Assembly (NCBI GenBank): GCA_902798815.1
Contig: CADBYH010000005.1
Span: 1-63,648, forward strand
Length of the DNA: 63,648 nucleotides
Reading direction: 5' to 3'
Origin: an uncultured Erysipelotrichaceae bacterium
Lineage (GTDB): Bacteria; Bacillota_I; Bacilli_A; RF39; UBA660
Of the stretch, positions 29,360 through 38,929 are shown one piece after another. Each line of letters starts with the position of its first letter. Position 1 is the first letter of the stretch. The translations under genes and the position numbers were made by a program. The notes beneath the pieces were generated by a model. The model made no database searches. It saw nothing but the letters and a program-made list of their open reading frames with translations, and was not told the origin of the DNA.

Positions 29360-29905
29360 TTACTTATCAGCATCAATAGTACTATTATTACTTTTTTCAA
29401 GTAATTCTTTTCTTTCTGATTTCATTACTCTAAAGAACTCAATAACTTGATATATAAATACAATTAGAACTGGTCCAAATACAAACAATAAGAAACCAAA
29501 TTTACTCTCTATACATCCTAAAAATCCACCAACTAAACCTAATGAAACAACTTGTTTTCCAATAATTCTTTCATCAATAACAGAATAACCATCATCAACA
29601 TAATAATTAGTATCTATAATATCTTTTATTTTATCATTCTTCACAATATATTTATCGCCACTAACATAGTAATAATATATTGAATCATTCTTTTTATACT
29701 TAGGATATTCCTTAATAATAATTAAACTGTTCTTCTCGCTATTAACATACTTACTAGTCTTCTTATCTACATTAACAAAAGTATATTTACCAATTTTACT
29801 ATAACCATAACTATTATTATTAAAGAATAGAATAGTCATTAAAATAACATAAATAACAATTATTACTTCTAATACTTCCCATACCCTTTTTATTACCTTC
29901 TTCAT
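29360..29905 (-). CDS. Degenerate SipW-like signal peptidase homolog, no catalytic motifs
   Basis: TM - S26-like domain - IIGK - TM layout; GSM and THR absent; NxYG shared with 42963 and 49321. Confidence 0.55.
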   Translation of the reverse strand: MKKVIKRVWEVLEVIIVIYVILMTILFFNNNSYGYSKIGKYTFVNVDKKTSKYVNSEKNSLIIIKEYPKYKKNDSIYYYYVSGDKYIVKNDKIKDIIDTNYYVDDGYSVIDERIIGKQVVSLGLVGGFLGCIESKFGFLLFVFGPVLIVFIYQVIEFFRVMKSERKELLEKSNNSTIDADK

Positions 29906-29914
29906 AGTTTCCTC

Positions 29915-30436
29915 CTAATATTTATATTCTCTAAGTAATCCTGTATATATTTCTTTCATTCCATCAAGTTTAGCAAAATCTTCAGGTTTAACAACTTCAG
30001 GTAAATCATAATTCAATTTAGAATTTTCAAATAAATATTTAACAAACTCTGCACAATAAAATTTCCTTTTTCTATCTAAATGTTTATTAGCTAAAACTGC
30101 AATAACTCCTAGCATATTAAAACTATATCTTTCTTTACCATCACGCATTTCTTCTATTAATTTCTTAATAAGATTATATTGTTTTTTTTCTATCTCTAAA
30201 CAATAAATTGTAGATGTTGTATTTTTAAATCTCTTGAAAGTTCCAGAATTAGGAGATTCCTGTACAAATCCAGCAAAAAAAGGATTATAAGCATTATATC
30301 TACCAAAACTATACATTTGAGTTAAATTCTTATCCAATGATATAGAAACATGAGAATAATCTTTTTTTGTATATAATTTAACTACTCTTGATAAGAATGT
30401 ACCTGTATATGTTAATACAATATAAATCTTACTCAT
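29915..30436 (-). CDS. Permuted papain-like NlpC/P60 (YaeF/YiiX-type) protein
   Basis: YSHVSI precedes FYCAEFV (His before Cys). Confidence 0.7.
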   Translation of the reverse strand: MSKIYIVLTYTGTFLSRVVKLYTKKDYSHVSISLDKNLTQMYSFGRYNAYNPFFAGFVQESPNSGTFKRFKNTTSTIYCLEIEKKQYNLIKKLIEEMRDGKERYSFNMLGVIAVLANKHLDRKRKFYCAEFVKYLFENSKLNYDLPEVVKPEDFAKLDGMKEIYTGLLREYKY

Positions 30437-30479
30437 ACTACCTCTCCCAACTAGAAAAATTATATCATTTTAAACATAA

Positions 30480-31742
30480 TTAAATCAATCTTTTTATTTT
30501 TCTATATATAGAAAAACTAATCTTATATAAGTTATATCTGGTCTTATCTATAACTAAATCAAACTCTCCAACTAACTCATGTACGCAAGCATTAAATCCT
30601 CTCTTAAAATCAAATAATCCATATCCTTTAGATTTCTCATCAAAATTACCATCTATTCCATAAAAATTAAATGCTTTATATCCATTATCAATAGCATACT
30701 TAATCATTTCATACTGTAGTAAATATTGAGAATTGTATTTCATAAACTGTTTATAACTTGCTCCAAAAAGATAATTAACCTCTCTTCCATATAACATATA
30801 CCATCCACCAGCAATTATCTTCTCGTTACCATGTTCTGCAATAGTCTCTTCCAATACACTTATTTTTTTCTCAAATCTTTCTTGCTCTAAAACTAATTCT
30901 TTAAGTTGCTTTTCTTTTCTAGAATTATCCTTAAGTTCTTTTTGATGTTCTAAATTTTCTTTCAAACTTTTCTTAGAAGAATCAAGTAAATCTTTAAAAT
31001 TAATTTTTACAAGTAATACTTTAACCATATTTTCTTTTTTTAATACTTTAAACATATTTTGGTAATATGATAAAGGTCTATCAACAAATTCTCTTCTTTC
31101 TGCAGTATGTTTCATTAAATTTTTAAATTCAAATAAATTATTCTCATCAGCCTCTATTATTTCTAATGAGTTTTTTCTTGAATTATTAATTCTCCATTTA
31201 GTACTACTTCTCATGTTTTTATATGCATCATCAATTGAATTTATATTTTCCAGATCTAAAACAGATATCCATCTAGGTTCTAAATCATCCTTCTTATCTT
31301 GATCAATATAAAATCCATTATGTTTATATCCTAGTTTTTTTAACTCACTCATTAATTTATCTTTACTAGTACCTTCAACAATATCCCCATCAACAGTACG
31401 TAATTGATAATCTATATATGGATTTATTTTCAAAAATAATGCATTATGTTCTTTTAGAAAAATCTTAATACCTTTAGTAAATTCTTCAATTAGTGAAAAA
31501 TCATCATAATCAATTAAAAACCCTCTAGGTGCATAAAACATAGTTTTAAAAAACTTTATCTTTTTAGATAATAATAAAGTTGCCGCAACAATTTTTTTAT
31601 TATCTTTTAATCCAACATAAAAATGATCCCAACCATTATCTTTTTTTACTTCTGCCCATAGAGGTTGTTGAAAAAAACTTGTTATAGGACTTTTTTCTGA
31701 ATATTTTAAAAACTCTTTTTCTGATAAAGTAACAAATTCCAT
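30480..31742 (-). CDS. FemABX/MurM-type peptidoglycan interpeptide bridge ligase
   Basis: FYAPRGF, coiled-coil insert, YLFGAS, FNFYGI, GLFDFKRGFN. Confidence 0.92.
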   Translation of the reverse strand: MEFVTLSEKEFLKYSEKSPITSFFQQPLWAEVKKDNGWDHFYVGLKDNKKIVAATLLLSKKIKFFKTMFYAPRGFLIDYDDFSLIEEFTKGIKIFLKEHNALFLKINPYIDYQLRTVDGDIVEGTSKDKLMSELKKLGYKHNGFYIDQDKKDDLEPRWISVLDLENINSIDDAYKNMRSSTKWRINNSRKNSLEIIEADENNLFEFKNLMKHTAERREFVDRPLSYYQNMFKVLKKENMVKVLLVKINFKDLLDSSKKSLKENLEHQKELKDNSRKEKQLKELVLEQERFEKKISVLEETIAEHGNEKIIAGGWYMLYGREVNYLFGASYKQFMKYNSQYLLQYEMIKYAIDNGYKAFNFYGIDGNFDEKSKGYGLFDFKRGFNACVHELVGEFDLVIDKTRYNLYKISFSIYRKIKRLI

Positions 31743-31834
31743 ATATAATCTCTCCTCATTTTACATAAATAGTATATCACATAAATAACAAGATATAAAA
31801 AAAATCCACAATAATTGTGGATTAAATTATTAAA

Positions 31835-31921
31835 TGGTGCTTCCATCCGGACTTGAACCGGAACTCTATCGCTAGAAGCAGATTTTGAGTCTGCCGCGTC
31901 TACCAATTCCGCCATGGAAGC
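31835..31921 (-). tRNA. tRNA-Leu(CAA)
   Basis: Acceptor GCTTCCA/TGGAAGC, anticodon arm GCAGA-CTCAAAA-TCTGC, long variable arm, GTTCAAGTC, encoded CCA. Confidence 0.97.
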
Positions 31922-31989
31922 AACTAAAGAAATTATAGCATACCTATAAAAAAAAAGAAAGAGATTATTAATCATCTTTCTTCTTATTA

Positions 31990-33246
31990 TTAAGATCCTA
32001 CACCATATATATCTTTAGTTAAACCAAAACTAATTCTTACATTAGAGTTTTTAGAAACAACGTCATAGTTATCTATATCTTGTCCTTCTAACCAAATATA
32101 TACTCTTACTTTTGTTATAGAATTACCCGCAAGAGTAAATAATTGATTAGACACACTATAAACTGTAGATGTTTCAGGCGACATATAAGTCCCCACAGAG
32201 TCAAGTTTTCCTGTAGGATTATCAGTAGGATTATATACAGACCCAACATAACTATTATTACCATCATATATATCAACATTATCAGAAGCAACTATTGTAT
32301 CTCTAATAACGAACGAATCCCAATTTGAAGTTGTATTAAGAATATTACAAGCATTTGTTGTATATGAACCATCTGTCGCTCTCCTTTTACAAGCAGAATT
32401 AAAATAGGTTACAATTGAAGACGTATGAACTTTCTTGTTAGGTTCCCACATATTATAGTAATATTTTCTATTATCTCTAGTACTACTACATATCTTTTTA
32501 ATATTAGTAGTTGAACTTGTTGTTGAATCACATCCTAATCCAGTTATTGTTGAAACACTTGCTCCTCTTGCTTTTGTTCCAGCAAGTAAATAAAATCCAA
32601 CACGTAGAGAGTTTGCCGCTCCATAATTTGTACTTCCATCAACGGTTGCAATAGGATTTTTCATCAAATATATATATTCTGCCGCACAATTATTAGCAGA
32701 AGCACATATATAATTATCATTACTATACTGAGTTCCTGTTCCATTACGGATAAACAAATCAAATGCAACATAACCATCTGCTTCTGAAACAAGATTCCCA
32801 TTTGTAACAGTATAATTATCAACTCGATTCGCAACTATTCTATATCCTCCAGGTGTTGCAGATAAACTTGTTTTTTCAAAAAATTTAAGTCTTCCCACAG
32901 TATCATCAATTATCCCAGGAGATGACAAAGGAACTAGTCCTGATGTTGGCCATTTATTTGTATTTCCAGAATATGCATGATCTCCACTTCCTGATGTTGA
33001 TGTTATTGTAGTTTGTGATATTGTAAGTTTATCATTTCCACTTTTCCAATGCTCTCCATCAAGTGATACTTCTAATCCTCCAGCAGAAGATACTTGAATA
33101 TCAAAATTACTTGTACTTACTGTTGATAAACCTATAAACCAAGCATATGTCTCAACAACTAAGGTAACAGCAGTTATAGCAATTACAATAAAAAGCAAAA
33201 ATATTTTTCTGACTCTGTGTTTAGAAATCTTCTTCAATTCTTTCAT
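31990..33246 (-). CDS. SipW-class exported TasA/BsaA-like fibre subunit, paralog 1 (outlier)
   Basis: TYAWF signal end; family motifs GGYR, FDLFIRN, NSLRVGF, WEPN, KVRVYIWLEGQD, FGLTKD. Confidence 0.7.
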   Translation of the reverse strand: MKELKKISKHRVRKIFLLFIVIAITAVTLVVETYAWFIGLSTVSTSNFDIQVSSAGGLEVSLDGEHWKSGNDKLTISQTTITSTSGSGDHAYSGNTNKWPTSGLVPLSSPGIIDDTVGRLKFFEKTSLSATPGGYRIVANRVDNYTVTNGNLVSEADGYVAFDLFIRNGTGTQYSNDNYICASANNCAAEYIYLMKNPIATVDGSTNYGAANSLRVGFYLLAGTKARGASVSTITGLGCDSTTSSTTNIKKICSSTRDNRKYYYNMWEPNKKVHTSSIVTYFNSACKRRATDGSYTTNACNILNTTSNWDSFVIRDTIVASDNVDIYDGNNSYVGSVYNPTDNPTGKLDSVGTYMSPETSTVYSVSNQLFTLAGNSITKVRVYIWLEGQDIDNYDVVSKNSNVRISFGLTKDIYGVGS

Positions 33247-33350
33247 ACCGCTTCTACCTTTCGTATATTTTGATATAATAATCTAATATTATTATATTAT
33301 TAATTTAAAATCAATTCAACAAAAAAAGATACTAAGTATCTTTTATAAAT

Positions 33351-33926
33351 TTAATCATCTTTTTCAGTATATTTAGAAGTATATAAATCTTTATTTTCAT
33401 CTACTTCTTCATTTACACTATTCATAATATCATCTATATTAGGAAGTTCTTCTATAGAAGCAAGTCCAAAATAATCTAAAAACTCATGAGTAGTTTCATA
33501 TAATATTGGTCTTCCAGGTAACTCACTTCTTCCACTTTCTTTAATAAATCCCTTTGCAACAAGTTTCCTAATAATAGAAGTTGAACCTACTCCTCTTATA
33601 TTATCAATTTGAACTCTTGTTATTGGTTCATTATATGCAATTATTGCTAATGTTTCTAATGCAGCTTGACTAAGAAAGTTTGTCTCTGGATTTTCTAATA
33701 ACTTTTGATAAAATTCTTTATGTTCAAATTTTGTAGTAATTTTAAATCTATTACCTAAAAAATCAATTCTAAGTCCTCGTGATTCATCCTCATAATCTTT
33801 CTTTAATTCCATAACTAGATTTTTAGCATTCTCTTCATCAGTATTTAAAACATCTTCTATTTGCTCTATTGTTAAACCATCTTCTCCAACAACAAACAAT
33901 AAACCTTCAAGTACTGCTTTAAGCAT
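33351..33926 (-). CDS. scpB: SMC-Scp complex subunit ScpB
   Basis: LSQAALETLAIIAYNEPITR, GRPILYETT. Confidence 0.95.
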   Translation of the reverse strand: MLKAVLEGLLFVVGEDGLTIEQIEDVLNTDEENAKNLVMELKKDYEDESRGLRIDFLGNRFKITTKFEHKEFYQKLLENPETNFLSQAALETLAIIAYNEPITRVQIDNIRGVGSTSIIRKLVAKGFIKESGRSELPGRPILYETTHEFLDYFGLASIEELPNIDDIMNSVNEEVDENKDLYTSKYTEKDD

Positions 33927-34641
33927 TTTTGTTCACCTCACAAATAATATCATCAAAATCATTCTCCTGTTTAATAACCAATTCCCTATTTTTTGCCATT
34001 TCTAAAATTGCTAAAAAAGTCGCAACTATATACTCTTTAGAAGCAACAGGAAATAATTCAAAGAATGATATTCTTTTTTTGCTTTTTAATAATCTTTTAA
34101 TATCAAGTCTTCTAGACGATACACTAATTTCATTAATAGTTACTTTAGTATTTAATGGTTTATTATCTGCCTTTCTTTGATAATATCTTTGTAATGCATT
34201 AACTAAATCATCAAGAGTAACATCAGCATGTATTTCATGATTTTCAGGAACATAATTATCAATTCTCTCTGGTTCCTTTGTATATATATCTTTTCTTAAT
34301 AATTCTTTATCTTGTAATAATTTAGTAATATCTTTATATGCTTGATATTCAAGAAGTCTATTTACTAATTCTTCTCTAGGATCAATTTCTTCTTCCTCTT
34401 CATCTATTTTATTATTTGGAAGTAATAATTTTGATTTAATTTCCAACAATTCTGAAGCCAAAACTAAATATTCAGAAGAAACCTCTAAATTCATTTTTTC
34501 TTGTTTATCTAAAAAACTCATATATTGTTTAGTAATTTCTTCAATTTCAATATTCATGATATCCATTTTAGCTTCTTTTATTAAATGTAAAAGCAAATCT
34601 AATGGTCCTTCAAAATCATTAATCCTAAATTCAATATCCAT
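33919..34641 (-). CDS. scpA: Segregation and condensation protein A
   Basis: FEGPLDLLLHLI, IKSKLLLP, TFLAILEM. Confidence 0.95.
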   Translation of the reverse strand: MDIEFRINDFEGPLDLLLHLIKEAKMDIMNIEIEEITKQYMSFLDKQEKMNLEVSSEYLVLASELLEIKSKLLLPNNKIDEEEEEIDPREELVNRLLEYQAYKDITKLLQDKELLRKDIYTKEPERIDNYVPENHEIHADVTLDDLVNALQRYYQRKADNKPLNTKVTINEISVSSRRLDIKRLLKSKKRISFFELFPVASKEYIVATFLAILEMAKNRELVIKQENDFDDIICEVNKNA

Positions 34642-34740
34642 AACACTCACTCCGACTATACCTAATTATAACATAAAAAATTAAAGATTAAAACTTTGAT
34701 AAAAATAAAAGTATGATATATAATTATTTCAGGTGATATT

Positions 34741-35043
34741 ATGAAAAAATTCAATGAACTAGATGAAAGCTTTGTATGTGAAAATTGTAAAAAAGAAGTT
34801 CCTCCTCTAGTATATTCATCAAGAGACCATTGCCCATACTGCTTATATTCAAAACATGTTGATATTAATCCAGGAGATAGAAATAATCCTTGTAAAGGAT
34901 TACTAAAACCAATAGAAATAGAAAAATATAAAGACTCATATAAAATTGTTTATAAATGTGAAAAATGCAATGAAATACATAAAAATATCATCGCAAAAGA
35001 CGATGATATGAACGAAATAATAAAAGTATCTAAAATAAATTAA
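34741..35043 (+). CDS. RNHCP-domain zinc-binding protein
   Basis: FVCENC, RDHCPYCLYSKHVD, PGDR. Confidence 0.88.
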   Translation: MKKFNELDESFVCENCKKEVPPLVYSSRDHCPYCLYSKHVDINPGDRNNPCKGLLKPIEIEKYKDSYKIVYKCEKCNEIHKNIIAKDDDMNEIIKVSKIN

Positions 35044-35066
35044 GACTGCATAATATGCAGTCTATT

Positions 35067-36017
35067 TTAATATCCAACTAATCTAGCATGAATAACCTTT
35101 CTACCTAAATTATCATCAGTACATGTAGATAATGTAAGTATTCTTTCATTTTCATCTAAATTAATTCCAAAATCAAATTTACTTCTATTTTTTAAAGAAA
35201 CTAAAAATTCATTATACTCATCAAGACTACCAAAATTTGTCTTAAGATAATAAACTTCCGCATCACTATAATAAACAGAGAAAATTTCATAAGTATATTT
35301 ACCTGACTCTGTTAATAATATAATTCTATGACTAGAATTTCTAAACCATTTCTCAGTAAATAAATTTGATAAACTACCAAAAGCTGTTTTATTAGTTAAA
35401 TTATGTCCATAAATAATAGTATTATAATCATCAGAACTAACATTATTTCTATAATCCATAAAGATCCATCCTGATGAAGTATAATTATTATAAAAGCTAT
35501 GATTTAAATAATAATCATTATTATCTGTCTTTAATACAGGATAATTAACATTTGTACTATCAACAATAACCCAACCAACTACATTTGGATTGAGTTTTTT
35601 TAATTCTTTAAAATCAATATCTTCTATTTTATATGAAGAAAACTTTTTATATAAATTAAGTTGTTCTCCATTTGATTTTGGATTATCTTCATTTTTTTGA
35701 TTATCTGTTTTATCATCTACTTCATTAGTATCTGGAACATAAACAACTAAATCATCAGTTTTATGATAATATATTTCAAATATCATTCCACAACAAACAA
35801 TAATAATTATAACCAAAAGAACTGTAGGATTATTCTGAAGTCTTTTAAAGAAATCTCTAATTTTAATAATTATTTTATTATTAAACATTTTACTAAGAAG
35901 ATAAAATGGAAAATAAAAATAAAAGAAAAAACCTTTAGATAAAACAGTACACAAACTATAAAAACCTTTTGCTGTCGTATCAAATATAAACTTTATAAAC
36001 TTAAATACATATTTCAT
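35067..36017 (-). CDS. srtB: Class B sortase
   Basis: NYPV, DNNDYYLNH, IYGHN, TLSTC and downstream Arg. Confidence 0.88.
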   Translation of the reverse strand: MKYVFKFIKFIFDTTAKGFYSLCTVLSKGFFFYFYFPFYLLSKMFNNKIIIKIRDFFKRLQNNPTVLLVIIIIVCCGMIFEIYYHKTDDLVVYVPDTNEVDDKTDNQKNEDNPKSNGEQLNLYKKFSSYKIEDIDFKELKKLNPNVVGWVIVDSTNVNYPVLKTDNNDYYLNHSFYNNYTSSGWIFMDYRNNVSSDDYNTIIYGHNLTNKTAFGSLSNLFTEKWFRNSSHRIILLTESGKYTYEIFSVYYSDAEVYYLKTNFGSLDEYNEFLVSLKNRSKFDFGINLDENERILTLSTCTDDNLGRKVIHARLVGY

Positions 36018-36271
36018 AATATCTCATCATCCTTTATAGGAAAAGATCTTAAAGATGTATTATCATCAAGTATTTCAATATCATCATTAGAAATATTTAC
36101 CCCAGAACAAGGTACTAAAATTGGTGCTTCTTCATCTTCCTCTCTAATATCAAAAAAATCAATTTTTTCTTCATTTTTATTTTTTTTAATTAATTCAAAA
36201 AGAGTAACAAAAAGTCCAGTAATAAATGAACATAATAGTATTAATAATAATACTTTAAATACTATATTCAT
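36014..36271 (-). CDS. Small single-TM protein with acidic tail
   Basis: RBS AGGAAGTGA; ATGA overlap with sortase gene. Confidence 0.65.
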   Translation of the reverse strand: MNIVFKVLLLILLCSFITGLFVTLFELIKKNKNEEKIDFFDIREEDEEAPILVPCSGVNISNDDIEILDDNTSLRSFPIKDDEIL

Positions 36272-36374
36272 AATATCACTTCCTTTATTTTATATTACTC
36301 TCATACAATTATATTATATATCAGAATAATAAAGAGAGTGCACAATTATGTAAATCTAAATGTCTACTTTACAC

Positions 36375-36725
36375 CTAATCTTTAGGTTTAAATATTAAAG
36401 CAAATATAAAAGAAAAAACTATTGCTGCACTAATACCAGGAGCAGTCATATCAAACATTCCCATAAATAGACCTCCAAATCCCGCAACATGAGTTTTTAA
36501 TATTGCTCCATGTATTAAAGAATGCCCAAAACTAGTTATCGGTAAAAGAGCTCCTCCACCTACGACTTTTATAATATAATCATAAATATTGAATGTATCC
36601 AAAAAAGCTCCCATACATACTAAAAGAGAAATCACATGACCTGGTGTTAATTTACTATTATCAATAATCATTTGAGAAATCATACAAATAAATCCACAGA
36701 ATAAAAAGGAATTAAAAAGTAACAC
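36375..36725 (-). CDS. spoVAE: Stage V sporulation protein AE(b)
   Basis: LTPGHV, GALLPITSFG, FKPK end; operon order. Confidence 0.9.
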   Translation of the reverse strand: MLLFNSFLFCGFICMISQMIIDNSKLTPGHVISLLVCMGAFLDTFNIYDYIIKVVGGGALLPITSFGHSLIHGAILKTHVAGFGGLFMGMFDMTAPGISAAIVFSFIFALIFKPKD

Positions 36726-37714
36726 TACACCACCTCCAAACTAATCGCATGACATATTGAATTAATGTTTTCTTTTTGAAATAAAAGTGTAGGAGAAAAT
36801 AAAGCACCAGTTGCCATTAATAGAACTCTCTTAATTTTTTTATTAATCATCAACTGATAGATATATGAATACGCAACAAGAGCACTACAAGCAGGACCAC
36901 TAGCTCCAGCATGAACATCTTTTTGTTTTTCTAAATCATATAGTAATACACCACAATCATTATAATTATCCATAACAATGCCATAATTAGTATTCATATA
37001 ATCTTTTACTATTTCAACACCATACTTTCCTAAATCTCCAGTTAAAACTAAATCATAATAATGTATATCTCTTTTTGTATCATCTAAATGTCTTTTTAAT
37101 GTATCAATAACACTAGGTGCCATTACACGACCCATATCATTAGGATCATTCTGTTCATAATCAACTATTCCTCCTAATGTAGCACATTCAACTTTAATAT
37201 TACTTTTATTATTAGACAATAAACAGCTTCCAGAACCAGTAGATGTAAAAGTAGAACTATTTGGTCTAGGAGCACCATATTCTGTAGGATACCTAAATTG
37301 TTTTTCAGAACTCATATTATGAGAAGAAACAACACATATAGAATTATTAATATATCCACTATTTATCATAGTTGATGCAATAATAAGTCCCAAAACACTA
37401 CTACTACAAGCACCATAAATACCTATAAATCCATTACCTATACCATTACATCCATAACATGAAGCAGTTATTTGATTAAGTAAATCTCCCCCAATAACCA
37501 AATCAATTTCTTCTTTTTTATATCCACTTTTTTTAAGTAACATAACTAAAGAATCTTTAACAAGTTTTATCTCCGCCTTTTCAAAAGAATCTTCACCAAA
37601 ATATAAATCGTCATAAGTCTTATCAAAATATTTTTTTAAAGGTCCTTTCTTTTCATAAGGACCACACACTGTAGCACACTCTTCAATATAAACATTGTCA
37701 AAATTAAATGTCAT
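36725..37714 (-). CDS. spoVAD: Stage V sporulation protein AD
   Basis: GGDLLNQ, YGACS, EKQFRYPTEYG, TGDLG. Confidence 0.95.
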   Translation of the reverse strand: MTFNFDNVYIEECATVCGPYEKKGPLKKYFDKTYDDLYFGEDSFEKAEIKLVKDSLVMLLKKSGYKKEEIDLVIGGDLLNQITASCYGCNGIGNGFIGIYGACSSSVLGLIIASTMINSGYINNSICVVSSHNMSSEKQFRYPTEYGAPRPNSSTFTSTGSGSCLLSNNKSNIKVECATLGGIVDYEQNDPNDMGRVMAPSVIDTLKRHLDDTKRDIHYYDLVLTGDLGKYGVEIVKDYMNTNYGIVMDNYNDCGVLLYDLEKQKDVHAGASGPACSALVAYSYIYQLMINKKIKRVLLMATGALFSPTLLFQKENINSICHAISLEVV

Positions 37715-38154
37715 ACAACTCCTCCTAGAAAATATCTAATCAACCCAAATATCCATGCTGAAACAACACCATATACAATTGCATTTCCAGCCAATTTAAA
37801 CATGTTAGATCCAATACCATATATTAATCCCTCTTTTTTATAATCAAGAGCACTACTAGTCATAGAATGTGCAAAACCTGTAATCGGAATCAACAATCCA
37901 CATCTAAACTTATTTGCTAACTTATCAAATACCCCCAATGCAGTTAAAAAACTAGCAATAAAAATAAATAATAAAATCATAACTGATGAAGCATCACTTC
38001 TAGACATCTTCATCCATAAACAAAAAACTTCTATAATTAGTTCTCCAAGAAAACCAATTATTCCTCCAGAAACAAAAGCAATCAACAAATTTTTAGTACG
38101 ATTCTCTTCTGCTTTATGTCTATCAGCAATCTTATTATATTTAGTATTTCTCAT
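37711..38154 (-). CDS. spoVAC: Stage V sporulation protein AC
   Basis: AFVSGG, PITGFA, MFKLAG. Confidence 0.92.
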   Translation of the reverse strand: MRNTKYNKIADRHKAEENRTKNLLIAFVSGGIIGFLGELIIEVFCLWMKMSRSDASSVMILLFIFIASFLTALGVFDKLANKFRCGLLIPITGFAHSMTSSALDYKKEGLIYGIGSNMFKLAGNAIVYGVVSAWIFGLIRYFLGGVV

Positions 38155-38168
38155 ATAATCACCTTTAT

Positions 38169-38197
38169 TAGTTTAACCAACAGAAATTAAATAATAC
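38169..38197 (-). promoter_or_regulatory. Possible forespore sigmaF/G-type promoter for spoVA
   Basis: GTATT-14nt-GGTTAAACTA upstream of the spoVAC RBS; spacing one short of the usual sigmaF consensus. Confidence 0.4.
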
Positions 38198-38210
38198 AAA
38201 AAACTTAGAA

Positions 38211-38822
38211 TTATAAATTATTTCTAAGTTTCTTTAATATTTTATTTTCATTTCTAGATACTTGTACTTGACTCATTCCTAATAAACTAGAAGTTTCTCT
38301 TTGAGTTAATTCTTCATAATATCTAGCATAAATAAGTTTTCTTTCTTCATCAGATAACTTATCTACCTCACTTTTTAAATCTAAAATATCAGGACTAGTA
38401 TCATCATAACATTTAAGAATATTATTATCACAATCAAAAGAAATCACTTCATCTGTCGCTATTAAAGCATTACTTATTAACTCTTCTTCAACATCTAAAT
38501 ACAATGACATCTCTAATATAGTAGGAATCCTCCCTAACTTTTGAGTCATAAAATCACGACACTTAATAATTCTTTTTTTTAGATCTACTAATTCCTTACT
38601 AACTTTTACACTACTATTCTCACGGATATACTTGTTGACCTCTCCTACAATATAATAATAAGCAAAACTAGAAAATTTAGTACCATAGTCAGAATTATAA
38701 TGCTTATATGCATCTATAAGTCCAATCATACCAACTTGATAAAGATCATCATAATCATATCTTTTAGGATACTTACTTATTATCTTATATATTAACCCAT
38801 TATAGTCTAAAAGTTCTTCCAT
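38211..38822 (-). CDS. Sporulation sigma factor, SigF/SigG family (short form)
   Basis: DDLYQVGMIGL, GTKFSSFAY, LTQRE...MSQVQVSR; directly upstream of spoVA as sigF usually is. Confidence 0.85.
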   Translation of the reverse strand: MEELLDYNGLIYKIISKYPKRYDYDDLYQVGMIGLIDAYKHYNSDYGTKFSSFAYYYIVGEVNKYIRENSSVKVSKELVDLKKRIIKCRDFMTQKLGRIPTILEMSLYLDVEEELISNALIATDEVISFDCDNNILKCYDDTSPDILDLKSEVDKLSDEERKLIYARYYEELTQRETSSLLGMSQVQVSRNENKILKKLRNNL

Positions 38823-38929
38823 TATCCTCCTTTCTCTATAAATATAAAATAAACTAAATTTATTTTCTATAAATACGACAAAAGTAGATAAAAAAAGAAG
38901 CAAATTAATTGCTTCTTATATTATATATC

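Noticed and set aside
31835-31921. tRNA-Leu as integration site for the fibre locus
   Set aside because: No duplicated tRNA 3' end or integrase seen; core genes are interleaved with the fibre genes
31706-31975. 89-aa ORF
   Set aside because: Overlaps tRNA-Leu(CAA) on the same strand
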